This document shows, one piece after another, positions 10,662-20,266 of a stretch of DNA of 64,000 bases (position 1 is the first letter of the stretch; each line of letters starts with the position of its first letter). The stretch is from IMG/VR virus record IMGVR_UViG_3300028888_000058, positions 39,060-103,059 of that record, one strand, 5' to 3'. Source of the DNA: a virus (taxonomy: Duplodnaviria > Heunggongvirae > Uroviricota > Caudoviricetes). Position numbers and translations under genes: made by a program. The notes beneath the pieces are model-generated. The model ran no database searches, was not told the origin of the DNA, and saw only the letters and a program-made list of their open reading frames with translations.

Positions 10662-11510
10662 ATGGACTTTTCAACAATATTTGAAGTTATTGCGAAATAT
10701 GGTTGGGGTAGCGTCGCAATAGTTGGTTGCCTTGCTCTAATATATATTGTCGTTAAACTTATCGGAAATAAGATTGCTAATAATGTAAAAGATGGAATGG
10801 AAAATATTGCAGATAAGTTATCTGTAAATATATCACAGCAAAATGAAGTACTTTCATCTAATATAGCAAAGCAGAATGGCGAATTAGTTAAAGCAATTAG
10901 TAATCAAAATGAAAGACTGCTTTCGTTTCTCATGCATAAAGATGCAGCTGATGAAGAAATACACGACAGAAAAGTTGAAAAAAGAATGGAATTTGCAGAA
11001 GATATTATCGATAAATTAAGAGATATTGTTAATATTGCAAATGCTCAACGAGCATTCATTATTGAATATCATAATTCATATAAGAATTTAGCAGGATCTC
11101 CTTTTGCGAAATATACATGTACATATGAATGGTTTGTTAAGGGATTAGACCAAATAAGTACCAGAATTTCAGGATTGCCATATAGTACAATGGCAAAAAT
11201 TGTTGGTGATGTTAAACGTACAGGTAAGCACCAGAAACTTTATTTAGATATCGAAAAAATGGAAGCTGAAAATCCTCAGTTATTCTCATTAGTTAAAGAT
11301 CCGCGTACAAAAGGAGTATTCTATCATACTTTATATGATGAAAATAATAAAATGATGGGTATGCTTGTTATTGAATGGCAAACACATATTACTAAAGAAT
11401 CATTTAACGAAAGAGATTTATCAAAAGTATTATCTGAAGAATGCGTTCAATTACAGACATGGCTTAATTTACAAGGTCCAACAATTGAAAGTGAAGTGTT
11501 AGATGAATGA
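10662..11510 (+). CDS. Membrane-anchored hypothetical protein
   Basis: N-terminal TM helix YGWGSVAIVGCLALIYIVVKLIG. Confidence 0.45.
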   Translation: MDFSTIFEVIAKYGWGSVAIVGCLALIYIVVKLIGNKIANNVKDGMENIADKLSVNISQQNEVLSSNIAKQNGELVKAISNQNERLLSFLMHKDAADEEIHDRKVEKRMEFAEDIIDKLRDIVNIANAQRAFIIEYHNSYKNLAGSPFAKYTCTYEWFVKGLDQISTRISGLPYSTMAKIVGDVKRTGKHQKLYLDIEKMEAENPQLFSLVKDPRTKGVFYHTLYDENNKMMGMLVIEWQTHITKESFNERDLSKVLSEECVQLQTWLNLQGPTIESEVLDE

Positions 11511-12318
11511 TTATATATATAGTACAAACGGGCGATATATTTTAGATAACAATGCAGATGATTTAGAAATACTTATGTATGAACTGAATAATGCAATTGT
11601 TAATGTTTATAAGTTAGCCTTAGAAGATATGGGTTATGATCTAGGCTACGAAAAAAATCAGATAGAATATATTAATTATTTAGAAAATGATCCATTAGAC
11701 TTCTCAGAAAATTATTTAGAAGGTGATGACGGTGAAATAGGTCCTATAGTAGATATAGATTTTTCTAATTATAAAGGTGGTATAATTGATATCAATAAAT
11801 TAATAAGTCTTTATCCAAAAGGAAATAAAAACTATATTGCAGGTGCTGTAATGGCATTAGATAAATATGGAGATAAAATTGGTTTGACACCAAAAGGTAA
11901 GTTAATGGTTCTTGGTCAGTTTGCTCATGAAAGTGGAGGATTTAGATATACTTATGAATTAGGTAAAGGAAAAGACAAACCATACGGTAGACCAGTACCT
12001 CCATATAATAAAATCTATTATGGAAGAGGACCAATACAAGTTACATGGGCAGAAAACTATAAAAAGATATCACAAAACATATTTCCATCATTAGGTATTA
12101 ATGTAGATATTTTTAAAGACCCAGATATATGTTGTACAAATATTGAAATAGGATGTGCAGCATCATTAGCTTGGTTTATGTTACCAGGAAACGGAAAGGC
12201 TATACAATTTGCTAATGCATGTGACATAAAAGGTTTAACAAAAAAGATCAATGCTGCATATAACGGACTACAGGATAGAATTAATCAGACACAAAAAATA
12301 TTCGAAGCTGCTAAATAA
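11503..12318 (+). CDS. GH19-family peptidoglycan hydrolase (chitinase/lysozyme-like)
   Basis: GQFAHESGGF and YGRGPIQVTWAENY match the GH19 signature. Confidence 0.6.
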   Translation: MNDYIYSTNGRYILDNNADDLEILMYELNNAIVNVYKLALEDMGYDLGYEKNQIEYINYLENDPLDFSENYLEGDDGEIGPIVDIDFSNYKGGIIDINKLISLYPKGNKNYIAGAVMALDKYGDKIGLTPKGKLMVLGQFAHESGGFRYTYELGKGKDKPYGRPVPPYNKIYYGRGPIQVTWAENYKKISQNIFPSLGINVDIFKDPDICCTNIEIGCAASLAWFMLPGNGKAIQFANACDIKGLTKKINAAYNGLQDRINQTQKIFEAAK

Positions 12319-12320
12319 CT

Positions 12321-12917
12321 ATGGAATCACTTAAAGACGTAAAAATACCAAAGAATCTTTTAGAAAGTTTAGCACAAGATGTATTAACTGATGAAAGGGG
12401 ACGTAAATATACTAAAGAAAGTATATTAAAAGGAATTATTAACTCATCAATATGGGGTAATAATGGTGATATTAATAGAAGCGGTGATACTGGTGGATTT
12501 GGTGCTAGTGTATCATTAGATCCAACGTTATTCAAAAGAAACCCAAAGGGGTGGGATATCAAAAAAGCTTGTGAATGGTTACAAGGTAATGCTCATGCAT
12601 ATTCAATACACAGATGCGCAAAATATGTTAGGATGGCTATTGAAGCTGGTGGTGTAAGCACTGATGGCCGTCCTTTATGGGCATGGCAATATATAAATTT
12701 CTTACCTAAGATTGGCTTTAAACATATAGGAACATATACGCAAAATGGATATACGCCAGAACCAGGCGATATTGCTGTATACTTAAAAGGAAATGATAAA
12801 AACGTACCAGGACATATATGCATGTGGACTGGCAAACAATGGTGTTCAGATTTTAGACAAAATAATATGATTGTTTATAAAAATACAAAAGAAGCATATA
12901 TATTTAGATTTCAATAA
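12321..12917 (+). CDS. CHAP-domain peptidoglycan peptidase/amidase
   Basis: Cys in HRCAKYV and His in GHICMW with CHAP-like spacing. PGDIAVY motif. Confidence 0.6.
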   Translation: MESLKDVKIPKNLLESLAQDVLTDERGRKYTKESILKGIINSSIWGNNGDINRSGDTGGFGASVSLDPTLFKRNPKGWDIKKACEWLQGNAHAYSIHRCAKYVRMAIEAGGVSTDGRPLWAWQYINFLPKIGFKHIGTYTQNGYTPEPGDIAVYLKGNDKNVPGHICMWTGKQWCSDFRQNNMIVYKNTKEAYIFRFQ

Positions 12918-14554
12918 TGACAGAATTTAATTCATCATGTCTCGGTGCATGTACACCTCCTCAGATATTAACATTAACATATGCAGTAAATGATATATCA
13001 AATATTACTGTATATGGAGGCTGTGATGCATATGATATGAAATCTTTAGAATGGAGTTATAGTGTAGATAATTTGTGCTGGTCATGTTTTATGTCATATG
13101 ACGAAATATTAGCAAATATTGTAGATCTTAATTCTGATTTTTATATAAGAGTAAAAATAAATGGTGTTATATGTAAAGTACAAATTGATGGAACTGATAC
13201 TTCAGATTATTCAACAGCTTTAGTACCAGGGTTTAATTTTAATAATGAGACATCATCAAATACATATAATCCTTATGCTAATATGGAAGGTGCTTTGGCT
13301 CTCCAGCAAAATTTAGCAGATACAGTTACAGAAATAGTTGGCATACCTATATATTATTTTAAGTTAAGCCCTAATGCAGGTTCTAAAGATATAACATTTA
13401 AAGAATATGCATTAATGGATGTTGAAGCAGTTAAGCAAATTAAAATGGTTATACAAGATGGCACGATGCCTTCATCAAAACCTGAATTTGCTGAATGGGG
13501 ATTAGAATTCCAAAATGATTGGGAACCTGAAATTTCAAAATCTTCATTTGCTACAGCATTTGGCAATACTGCTCAACCAATGGAAGGCGATCTCATTTAT
13601 GTTCCAATGATGAAACGTATGTGGATGGTCAATGGAGCATATGAAGAAAAGAATGGCAATTTAATGTGGCAAGCAACTACATTTAAAGTACAGCTTTCTA
13701 AATATCAAGAAAAAGGTTCAGTTGATTTGGGTGATACTGAAACATTGGTTAATTCATTCGTTAAGAATAAATATGAAGATCTGTTTGGCGAAGACAATAA
13801 CGGAACATTATCAGCTAATGAACCAACATTAGAATCACCAAGATATGCCGCAAATAATCTTTACAGTGTATTTGAATCAGATGCGGTTCGTAAATATATA
13901 ACATGTGATACTGTTGATATTATACCAAATAATATTTACTATAGAGGAACATTAATATCTGATTCAAAATATAATTTTACATTGAATACTGTAGAATCAA
14001 AAATTATATATCAAAAACAATTCTGTGGAGAAGAATATTCAATATCATTTATTGTTAATCCTGGAATTATTGATGATTTTAAAGGAAAACTTATATCATT
14101 AGGAAGTATATCTATAAATGTTGAACAGAATTTAGAACATACATTATTATACTTAAATGTAAATAAAGATGTACAAATTAAATTGGTTAATAATGAAATA
14201 TATTTATGTGTATTAAGAATAAGTAAATGTATGAATCTTGTAGATTTTATGGCATATCATTATACATATAATGATGCTATACCATTATATAAGTTACAGA
14301 ATAATCATTATTACTTCAATATGGATAATCCTGATGGAAAATATGTTGGTAAGTATGATATTGAATTTGCATTAACTGAAAAGTCAGATGTAATTTTATA
14401 TAACTATTATGGAACAATAACAAACTTTAAGTTGTTTGACGTATATAATGATCAATTAAGAGATATGCTTCAAATGTATCCAAATAATCAGCATTTATTG
14501 ATTAATGATACAGCAAGAAAATTGGTTGGACTTCCTGGTGGAGCATTTAAATAA
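12917..14554 (+). CDS. Hypothetical protein (545 aa); possibly structural
   Basis: ATGA-coupled to the CHAP gene. Confidence 0.45.
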   Translation: MTEFNSSCLGACTPPQILTLTYAVNDISNITVYGGCDAYDMKSLEWSYSVDNLCWSCFMSYDEILANIVDLNSDFYIRVKINGVICKVQIDGTDTSDYSTALVPGFNFNNETSSNTYNPYANMEGALALQQNLADTVTEIVGIPIYYFKLSPNAGSKDITFKEYALMDVEAVKQIKMVIQDGTMPSSKPEFAEWGLEFQNDWEPEISKSSFATAFGNTAQPMEGDLIYVPMMKRMWMVNGAYEEKNGNLMWQATTFKVQLSKYQEKGSVDLGDTETLVNSFVKNKYEDLFGEDNNGTLSANEPTLESPRYAANNLYSVFESDAVRKYITCDTVDIIPNNIYYRGTLISDSKYNFTLNTVESKIIYQKQFCGEEYSISFIVNPGIIDDFKGKLISLGSISINVEQNLEHTLLYLNVNKDVQIKLVNNEIYLCVLRISKCMNLVDFMAYHYTYNDAIPLYKLQNNHYYFNMDNPDGKYVGKYDIEFALTEKSDVILYNYYGTITNFKLFDVYNDQLRDMLQMYPNNQHLLINDTARKLVGLPGGAFK

Positions 14555-14624
14555 TTATTATTAAATAAGGGAAAACCGTTATGTGAATAACATTATTTTA
14601 TATCATTTTTATTTTATTTGTCAA

Positions 14625-14668
14625 TAGCATATACTCGAGCGAGAGATATGCTATTGTTTTTTGCTTAA
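14625..14668 (+). terminator. Rho-independent terminator
   Basis: 11-bp stem caatagcatat/atatgctattg followed by ttttttgc. Confidence 0.5.
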
Positions 14669-14729
14669 TTTTGAATATTCTTTAAATTTTTCTATATTAT
14701 TTATATATATTATATAAAAAATAAAAATA

Positions 14730-15083
14730 ATGAAAAAGTATTTTGTATTAGTTTTAATTTCTGTAATGTTATTAACTTCATGTAATCTTTTTGATCAAAA
14801 ACCAGATTACATATTAAAAGAAAATGCTGAATATTACTGGAAAGTACGGTTTAATCCATTTGATAAAGATTCAGTAATTTTAAAATTTCATAAACCAGTT
14901 GAATACATTACAACTGTTAAACAAAAGGGTGGAAAACGAAGAGTTTATTACAATGATTATAATGACCGTTATGTTGCTCAGAGACGCTGTCCTTGGTATC
15001 ATAATGTACATATTGGTGATAAAGTTAAGTTACGTCATAATTTTGAATGTGGTTATGATACATTTGTTGAAGTCGTAAAATAA
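14730..15083 (+). CDS. Lipoprotein
   Basis: Signal peptide plus lipobox LLTSC. Confidence 0.5.
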   Translation: MKKYFVLVLISVMLLTSCNLFDQKPDYILKENAEYYWKVRFNPFDKDSVILKFHKPVEYITTVKQKGGKRRVYYNDYNDRYVAQRRCPWYHNVHIGDKVKLRHNFECGYDTFVEVVK

Positions 15084-15089
15084 GTAGTT

Positions 15090-15584
15090 ATGAGTGGATA
15101 TAATACAATAGAAGAATATAATGAAGCTTTCAGAAAACAATTAAAAGAGACCTGGGAAGCTGAAGTTAAACATTGTCAAAATTGGCTTGATGGTCATTGT
15201 AATTATTCTAAAGTAGGATGGCTTGATACATGTGAAGATGAAAAATATGTAAAAGATAGATTAGTATATTCTCAAAAAATGTTGGATAATATTGATTATT
15301 ATGTTCAGAGGCATTCTTATAGTTACAAGAAGCCACAAACTCAAAAGGATAATGATATGAGTTTTGCTGGTGAAGGACAACATTGGGCATATAGTTCAAA
15401 AATTAGAGTTCCAAGTCTTAAACGTAAATCTGCATGGAAAAGATTTTATAAGATGTTTCCTGATTTGCAAGGAATGAAAACTATTACGGGTAAGTCTTCA
15501 TGTTATGTACAAAATGTAAATGGAGAATATCGCCAGACAATACAAAATTCAAGTACAATTAAATTAAAGAAAATTAAGAAATGA
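15090..15584 (+). CDS. Hypothetical protein
   Basis: ORF only. Confidence 0.4.
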   Translation: MSGYNTIEEYNEAFRKQLKETWEAEVKHCQNWLDGHCNYSKVGWLDTCEDEKYVKDRLVYSQKMLDNIDYYVQRHSYSYKKPQTQKDNDMSFAGEGQHWAYSSKIRVPSLKRKSAWKRFYKMFPDLQGMKTITGKSSCYVQNVNGEYRQTIQNSSTIKLKKIKK

Positions 15585-15817
15585 GGGATTTGAATTTTAG
15601 ACGTAAATCTGAGAAGCTTCATTTAAAACGTCGTAAGATATTAGTCAATACTGTTAAAGATTGGAAACTTAATGATGAACAAGTTAAAGTAACAATGGAA
15701 GATCCTATTAGTTGGTGGGCTAATGAATTTTGGGCAATAAATCAAAAGAAAAGAAATTCACGTAAGATTAGACATCATAATAAAATTAATTTGAAAAAAG
15801 ATTTATATGAGGAGTAG
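15581..15817 (+). CDS. Small highly basic protein; candidate nucleic-acid binder
   Basis: RRKSEKLHLKRRK. TAG stop. Paralogous N-terminus with the next ORF. Confidence 0.4.
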   Translation: MRDLNFRRKSEKLHLKRRKILVNTVKDWKLNDEQVKVTMEDPISWWANEFWAINQKKRNSRKIRHHNKINLKKDLYEE

Positions 15818-16181
15818 AGATTACCGTCGTAAACAAGAGGTAAAACATTTTAAGAAGCGTTTAGATACAGCAGTTTCTATTGGTAGATTTTCAAGTGAGG
15901 AAACAGGTCATAGACCAATGTATGCAGGTAAATATAGAATGTGGAGGATTAAATCTGCAACACCATTAACTTCTGTTGAAAAGGAAATCATGGAGAAACA
16001 ACAATATAAACGTTGGAAGTTTCAGTTAAAGAATGATTCACTTGGTGGAACAATTGATTCATGGGCAAAAAGATGCTGTCGAAGAAATAGACGTCATTAT
16101 CAAAAAATGGTTGATTATAGACTTCCTGATAAAAAATGGTTGGTTCGTGCTCAAGTAATTTATCCAAGAGATATAGTATAG
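15807..16181 (+). CDS. Small highly basic protein, paralog of the previous ORF
   Basis: MRSRDYRRKQEVKHFKKR. TAG stop. Confidence 0.4.
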   Translation: MRSRDYRRKQEVKHFKKRLDTAVSIGRFSSEETGHRPMYAGKYRMWRIKSATPLTSVEKEIMEKQQYKRWKFQLKNDSLGGTIDSWAKRCCRRNRRHYQKMVDYRLPDKKWLVRAQVIYPRDIV

Positions 16182-16184
16182 AAG

Positions 16185-16225
16185 TATAAGTGATTTATGC
16201 TTCTATTTTTTAGTTTATTTAAGTT
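16185..16225 (+). terminator. Putative terminator
   Basis: Stem gaagtat/atgcttc (one G-U pair) followed by attttttag. Confidence 0.4.
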
Positions 16226-16435
16226 ATATTCATATATATTAATTTTATTTTTATATATTAAAGATTGTAAAAATATCTCTTATTGCCTATGGATAATTAT
16301 AGAGGTGTTAAAGCATCAGAGTTAATAAAACAATTAAAAACATATATGAATAAATTTGGAGATTTATATATATGTAAAGAAAAAGGAGGAAATATATTTC
16401 CAATATATTTTATAAATCATTATCCAAACACAGAT

Positions 16436-16516
16436 TATTTTGAATTGACATAATTTATTCAAAACATATAATTTTGAATTGACATAATTTATTCAAAACA
16501 TATAATTTTGAATTAA
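16436..16516. repeat. Tandem direct repeat, about 2.3 copies of a 34-35-bp unit (ttttgaattgacataatttattcaaaacatataa)
   Basis: Read directly. Each unit carries TAATTTTG (TAnnTTTG-like). Sits immediately upstream of the first gene of the CTS array. Confidence 0.7.
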
Positions 16517-16530
16517 CATAAATTAAAAAT

Positions 16531-16983
16531 ATGAAGAATATTAATAAGTACATAACAGAAAAATACAATACAGATAGTATTGAAGAATATTTGGAATCAA
16601 TTGTAAATTCTGCTAAAGGCAAGCCAGATATTTATGATGACACTGAATCTTGGGAAGCACGAGATGAATTTGATTATTGGCAAGATACATCTGGGCAATG
16701 GGATGATATTTTAGAATTTATAGATAAATATGCCTCTAATAAATGTGTAGCTGGATGGAAGAGTAAAGATTCATTTGAAAGCGTTGAAAAACTAGTTCCT
16801 AATATAGTCCGTAATATTATAAAGAAAAAACCAACAGAAATCCCATATAAGAAAAATTCAAATAAAATGGAAATGTGGGAAACTAAACAAGATGATTTTG
16901 ATATTAAAGTGTTAAAGTTCGGAAACTATGTTAATGATAATGGTACCGATTATAAAGAATATTGGTATATGATTGCTATTTAA
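16531..16983 (+). CDS. CTS-tagged hypothetical protein (MKNINKYITE)
   Basis: The N-terminal decapeptide fits the shared motif. Confidence 0.5.
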   Translation: MKNINKYITEKYNTDSIEEYLESIVNSAKGKPDIYDDTESWEARDEFDYWQDTSGQWDDILEFIDKYASNKCVAGWKSKDSFESVEKLVPNIVRNIIKKKPTEIPYKKNSNKMEMWETKQDDFDIKVLKFGNYVNDNGTDYKEYWYMIAI

Positions 16984-17009
16984 AAATAATAAAGATAACT
17001 ATGAAATCT

Positions 17010-17510
17010 CTTAAAGAACATATTATTGAAGAAGGAATTAAAGATAAAATCAAATCTTTTATCAATAAATTCAAAAAGGAAAAAATTCCAGAGAAGGTTT
17101 ATTCTTCTGATGATTTAGAAAAATATAAAGGTCAAATAATAACACCAAAAGATGCTGATGATATTATTGATATATTAATACATACTGATGATTATTTTAA
17201 AGAGTTTTTAATAAGCAAATATGAACCTAAACGTGAGCATATAAAACAAGAAGCATGTAAAAATGCCATATTAGATTATGCTTATGAAAATAATCAAGAT
17301 AGAATTAAGTATGATAAATATGGAGAAAGACATGCAAATCAAGCTGAATATGAATGTTGTAAACAACATGGTATAGATTCTTCATCAATTGCTGCTGGTG
17401 ATTTAATTCTTGCAATGATAAGACCTTATATTATGGGTTGGAGCTTTGCTGATAAAATGAAATTTAAAGCAGAAGAAAAATATAAGCCAACATATAAGAA
17501 AAATCAATGA
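17010..17510 (+). CDS. CTS-tagged hypothetical protein (MKSLKEHIIE). The track start at 16962 is upstream; the motif ATG lies at 17010.
   Basis: Shared motif. The upstream aagataactATG leader is identical to that at 2663-2674. Confidence 0.5.
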   Translation, partial: LKEHIIEEGIKDKIKSFINKFKKEKIPEKVYSSDDLEKYKGQIITPKDADDIIDILIHTDDYFKEFLISKYEPKREHIKQEACKNAILDYAYENNQDRIKYDKYGERHANQAEYECCKQHGIDSSSIAAGDLILAMIRPYIMGWSFADKMKFKAEEKYKPTYKKNQ

Positions 17511-18166
17511 AATCAATAAAAAACTATATTAATGAATCATTATCAAATGAAATACTTGATTTAAGAAAAAAATTAAGTAAATTAGATAAGTCTAAAATTT
17601 TTAATGGATTATATAATTTAGATGATTCTTTAGATAAAGAATTTTATAATATATTAATTTCATTAAATAAGTCAAATGCATCTAATAGTACTTTAATTAG
17701 TACATGGAAAATGTTGTTTTCAAAATTAATTATAGAACCATTAGTTGGAGAATTAATTGGAGATAATAAATGTGAATATTCTTCAATAAATATTGATAGA
17801 ACAGAGAAATGGGATATTAAATATAATAAGAATATATTAATAGATGTAAAAGCAACTTACAATAATCATACAGGTAATTTTAGTTTTTCTAAAAAAGATG
17901 CAGACTATATAATAAATTACAATAAGCAAGATATCAATAAAAGATATGTATTATTTGTATATCCTGAAATTAAGACTTGGGAAGATACAATAAAAATATA
18001 TAAAAATAAATCTATGGTTGATATGAAATTAATCAGTTATATAGATTTTAAAGAAATATTAAATAATAATGATTTTGAAGAAAAGAAATCAAATATATTA
18101 ATACCTAATTCTTTTATTGAAAAAAATGATAAATTTAGAAAATTTAATAAAAACATAAAGAAATGA
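17507..18166 (+). CDS. CTS-tagged hypothetical protein (MKSIKNYINE)
   Basis: Shared motif. ATGA-coupled. Confidence 0.5.
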   Translation: MKSIKNYINESLSNEILDLRKKLSKLDKSKIFNGLYNLDDSLDKEFYNILISLNKSNASNSTLISTWKMLFSKLIIEPLVGELIGDNKCEYSSINIDRTEKWDIKYNKNILIDVKATYNNHTGNFSFSKKDADYIINYNKQDINKRYVLFVYPEIKTWEDTIKIYKNKSMVDMKLISYIDFKEILNNNDFEEKKSNILIPNSFIEKNDKFRKFNKNIKK

Positions 18167-18351
18167 AATCTTTAAGACAGTATTTGACTGAAGAACTACA
18201 TGATGTAATAGTTAAAGTTGGAGATTATTGGAGAATAAAAGGTCATGCAGGAAAAGGAACAAATACTCCTAAACGTGGATATTGGAAAGCTAAATATAAA
18301 ACAAAGAAAAAAGCAGAAAACGCATTAAAAGCGTATTTTGCAAACAATTAA
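18163..18351 (+). CDS. CTS-tagged small basic protein (MKSLRQYLTE)
   Basis: Shared motif. ATGA-coupled. Confidence 0.5.
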   Translation: MKSLRQYLTEELHDVIVKVGDYWRIKGHAGKGTNTPKRGYWKAKYKTKKKAENALKAYFANN

Positions 18352-18373
18352 ATATATAAATCATTTATAAATT

Positions 18374-19033
18374 ATGAAAGATATTAAATTATTTATTTTA
18401 GAATCATTAAATAATAAACTATTAACTGCTGTTAAAAATCTTAATTATGATTTTTCAGAAACTGCATCTTTATCAAATAATACTAAAGAGAATAGAGCTA
18501 AAAAAACAAAAGCTCAAGCAAAAATATTTATAGATTTATTTAATGAATTAACAGATAAAGATACTCATTTTGATTATAAAGCAATTAGCTGTGAAGATTA
18601 TTGTAAATTAATTAATAAAACATATTCATTTATTGAAGATAGTAAAATAGGAGATATTATTATAATGAATGATAAAACTCCTGAAATGTTTATTGATTTA
18701 AAAGTAGCAGAAACTAATAAATATATTGGAACACCTGATATGTTGTCATTAGTTAATTTTGCTTCTGAACGCGACGATAAAAAATATTATTTATGTTCAT
18801 CATTAGATGGTACACAGACAAAATTAATATTAGCTAATGAAATATACAATATAATAATTTCTAAAAAAGGAAATGTTGTTGTTTCAAAAGATAGAAATTA
18901 TATTTCTAAAGAAGTTGAAGCATTTAAAGATAAAGTAAAATTAGTTGCTCCTAAAAACATGGAAAACGCAGATTTATCAAAACTATATGATGAAGATTTT
19001 GTTGCAACATCTGTAATAACAAATATAAAATAA
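18374..19033 (+). CDS. CTS-tagged hypothetical protein (MKDIKLFILE), bracketed by direct repeats
   Basis: Shared motif. About 45-bp direct repeats at 18300-18345 and 19036-19085. Confidence 0.5.
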   Translation: MKDIKLFILESLNNKLLTAVKNLNYDFSETASLSNNTKENRAKKTKAQAKIFIDLFNELTDKDTHFDYKAISCEDYCKLINKTYSFIEDSKIGDIIIMNDKTPEMFIDLKVAETNKYIGTPDMLSLVNFASERDDKKYYLCSSLDGTQTKLILANEIYNIIISKKGNVVVSKDRNYISKEVEAFKDKVKLVAPKNMENADLSKLYDEDFVATSVITNIK

Positions 19034-19035
19034 TA

Positions 19036-19085
19036 TGAAACAAAAGAAAAGCAGAAAACGCATTAAAAGCGTATTTTGCAAATAA
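19036..19085. repeat. Direct repeat duplicating the 3' end of gene 18163..18351 (aaaagcagaaaacgcattaaaagcgtattttgcaaa)
   Basis: Near-identical to 18300-18345. Confidence 0.6.
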
Positions 19086-19101
19086 ATAATATAATTTAAA
19101 T

Positions 19102-19548
19102 ATGAAGGCATTTAAAGATTATATTTTAGAAAATAAAGTTACAGAATTTAATTATGCTTCTGAAGGAGATCATGATTTTATTGATTAGGTAATTGAATTA
19201 TTGGAATCTAATGGATTTAATAAAAGTGAAAAAAAGATATTAAAATCAAAAGAATATAAGATAACAAATAATGGTTATGAATTATTTGCACGTTCTGAAC
19301 AGAATAAAACTATTAAGAATACTAAATTAGTATGTATTCGTAAAGGAGATAATAATAAATATGACTATTATTATAGATCTTCAAATGATTCATTTTGGAG
19401 ATATAATTTTTCTAAAAATCAACAAATAGTTCGATTTAGAGATTATCAGCATGCTAATACTGGTATTTATGATGTAAAAGATTCTAAATGGCACGATAGA
19501 ATATTGCAATCAATAAGAGGAATATTTAATATTAAAAAGGATAAATAA
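19102..19548 (+). pseudogene. CTS-tagged gene (MKAFKDYILE) interrupted by an in-frame TAG at about 19186-19188. The downstream body (track ORF 19201..19548) is in the same frame.
   Basis: Translating from the ATG at 19102 gives 28 codons, then TAG, then a 120-codon open frame in phase. Confidence 0.45.
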
Positions 19549-20192
19549 TGAAATCAATAACTAATTATATATTTGAAAAGATAAAGGATCTTCCTGATTC
19601 TATTAAAGGATTAATTGTATTTGATATTGATGATACAATATTAAAAGTTGATCCTAATATGATGTCTATTTATAAAAAGGAACCAGGAAAATCTGAAATC
19701 AAATTAACTACTGATGAATTTGCAAAAGATCCTGATGCAGAAGACCAAAGCAAGAGAGATTGGTTTGATTATAGAGATTTTAAAGATCCTGTAAAAGTAT
19801 ATAATTCTATCATATCTGGTACTCCATTGATTAAGAATCTTAAAATAATGGATGATTATGTTAATGCTGGATATGATTTTTGTTTTTTAACTGCACGTTC
19901 ATGTGAAGATACAGTTAAGAAAGCATTATCAGACTTCTTATTAGTTCGTGATGAAAATGGACTTTTAAAAGAATTAGGAGATTCATTTAAAAAGATTATG
20001 TCACATGCAGTTAATGATGAATATAAGAAATACCCTGGTAAGACAGATGCTGAAAAGAAAGCAAACATATTAATTAAGCTTTGTAAAAAATATGATAAAG
20101 TGGTATTTGTAGATGATGATAGAAAAAACGTAAATGCTGCTCGTGAATTGAATATAAAAAATTTAAAAGTAATTAAGGCTTGGGATGAATAA
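19548..20192 (+). CDS. HAD-superfamily phosphatase (Pnk phosphatase-like) with a CTS tag (MKSITNYIFE)
   Basis: Motif I FDIDDTIL (DxDxT), motif II LTARS, motif IV FVDDD. Confidence 0.6.
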   Translation: MKSITNYIFEKIKDLPDSIKGLIVFDIDDTILKVDPNMMSIYKKEPGKSEIKLTTDEFAKDPDAEDQSKRDWFDYRDFKDPVKVYNSIISGTPLIKNLKIMDDYVNAGYDFCFLTARSCEDTVKKALSDFLLVRDENGLLKELGDSFKKIMSHAVNDEYKKYPGKTDAEKKANILIKLCKKYDKVVFVDDDRKNVNAARELNIKNLKVIKAWDE

Positions 20193-20266
20193 AATGAATA
20201 ATAATAAATAATATGAAATCATTAAAAGAATATATTAAAATAAACAATAAAAATATTTTATAAATT

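Noticed and set aside
16436-16516. CRISPR array (this repeat and the one at 28102-28216)
   Set aside because: There are only 2-3 directly abutting copies, with no spacers and no cas genes. They are tandem direct repeats.
19186-19188. An alternative genetic code (TAG reassigned, as in Lak-like megaphages) as the explanation for the in-frame TAG
   Set aside because: TAG appears to terminate genes at 15815 and 16179, the other interrupted module uses TAA, and nearly all genes end in TAA or TGA. A nonsense mutation is the simpler explanation.
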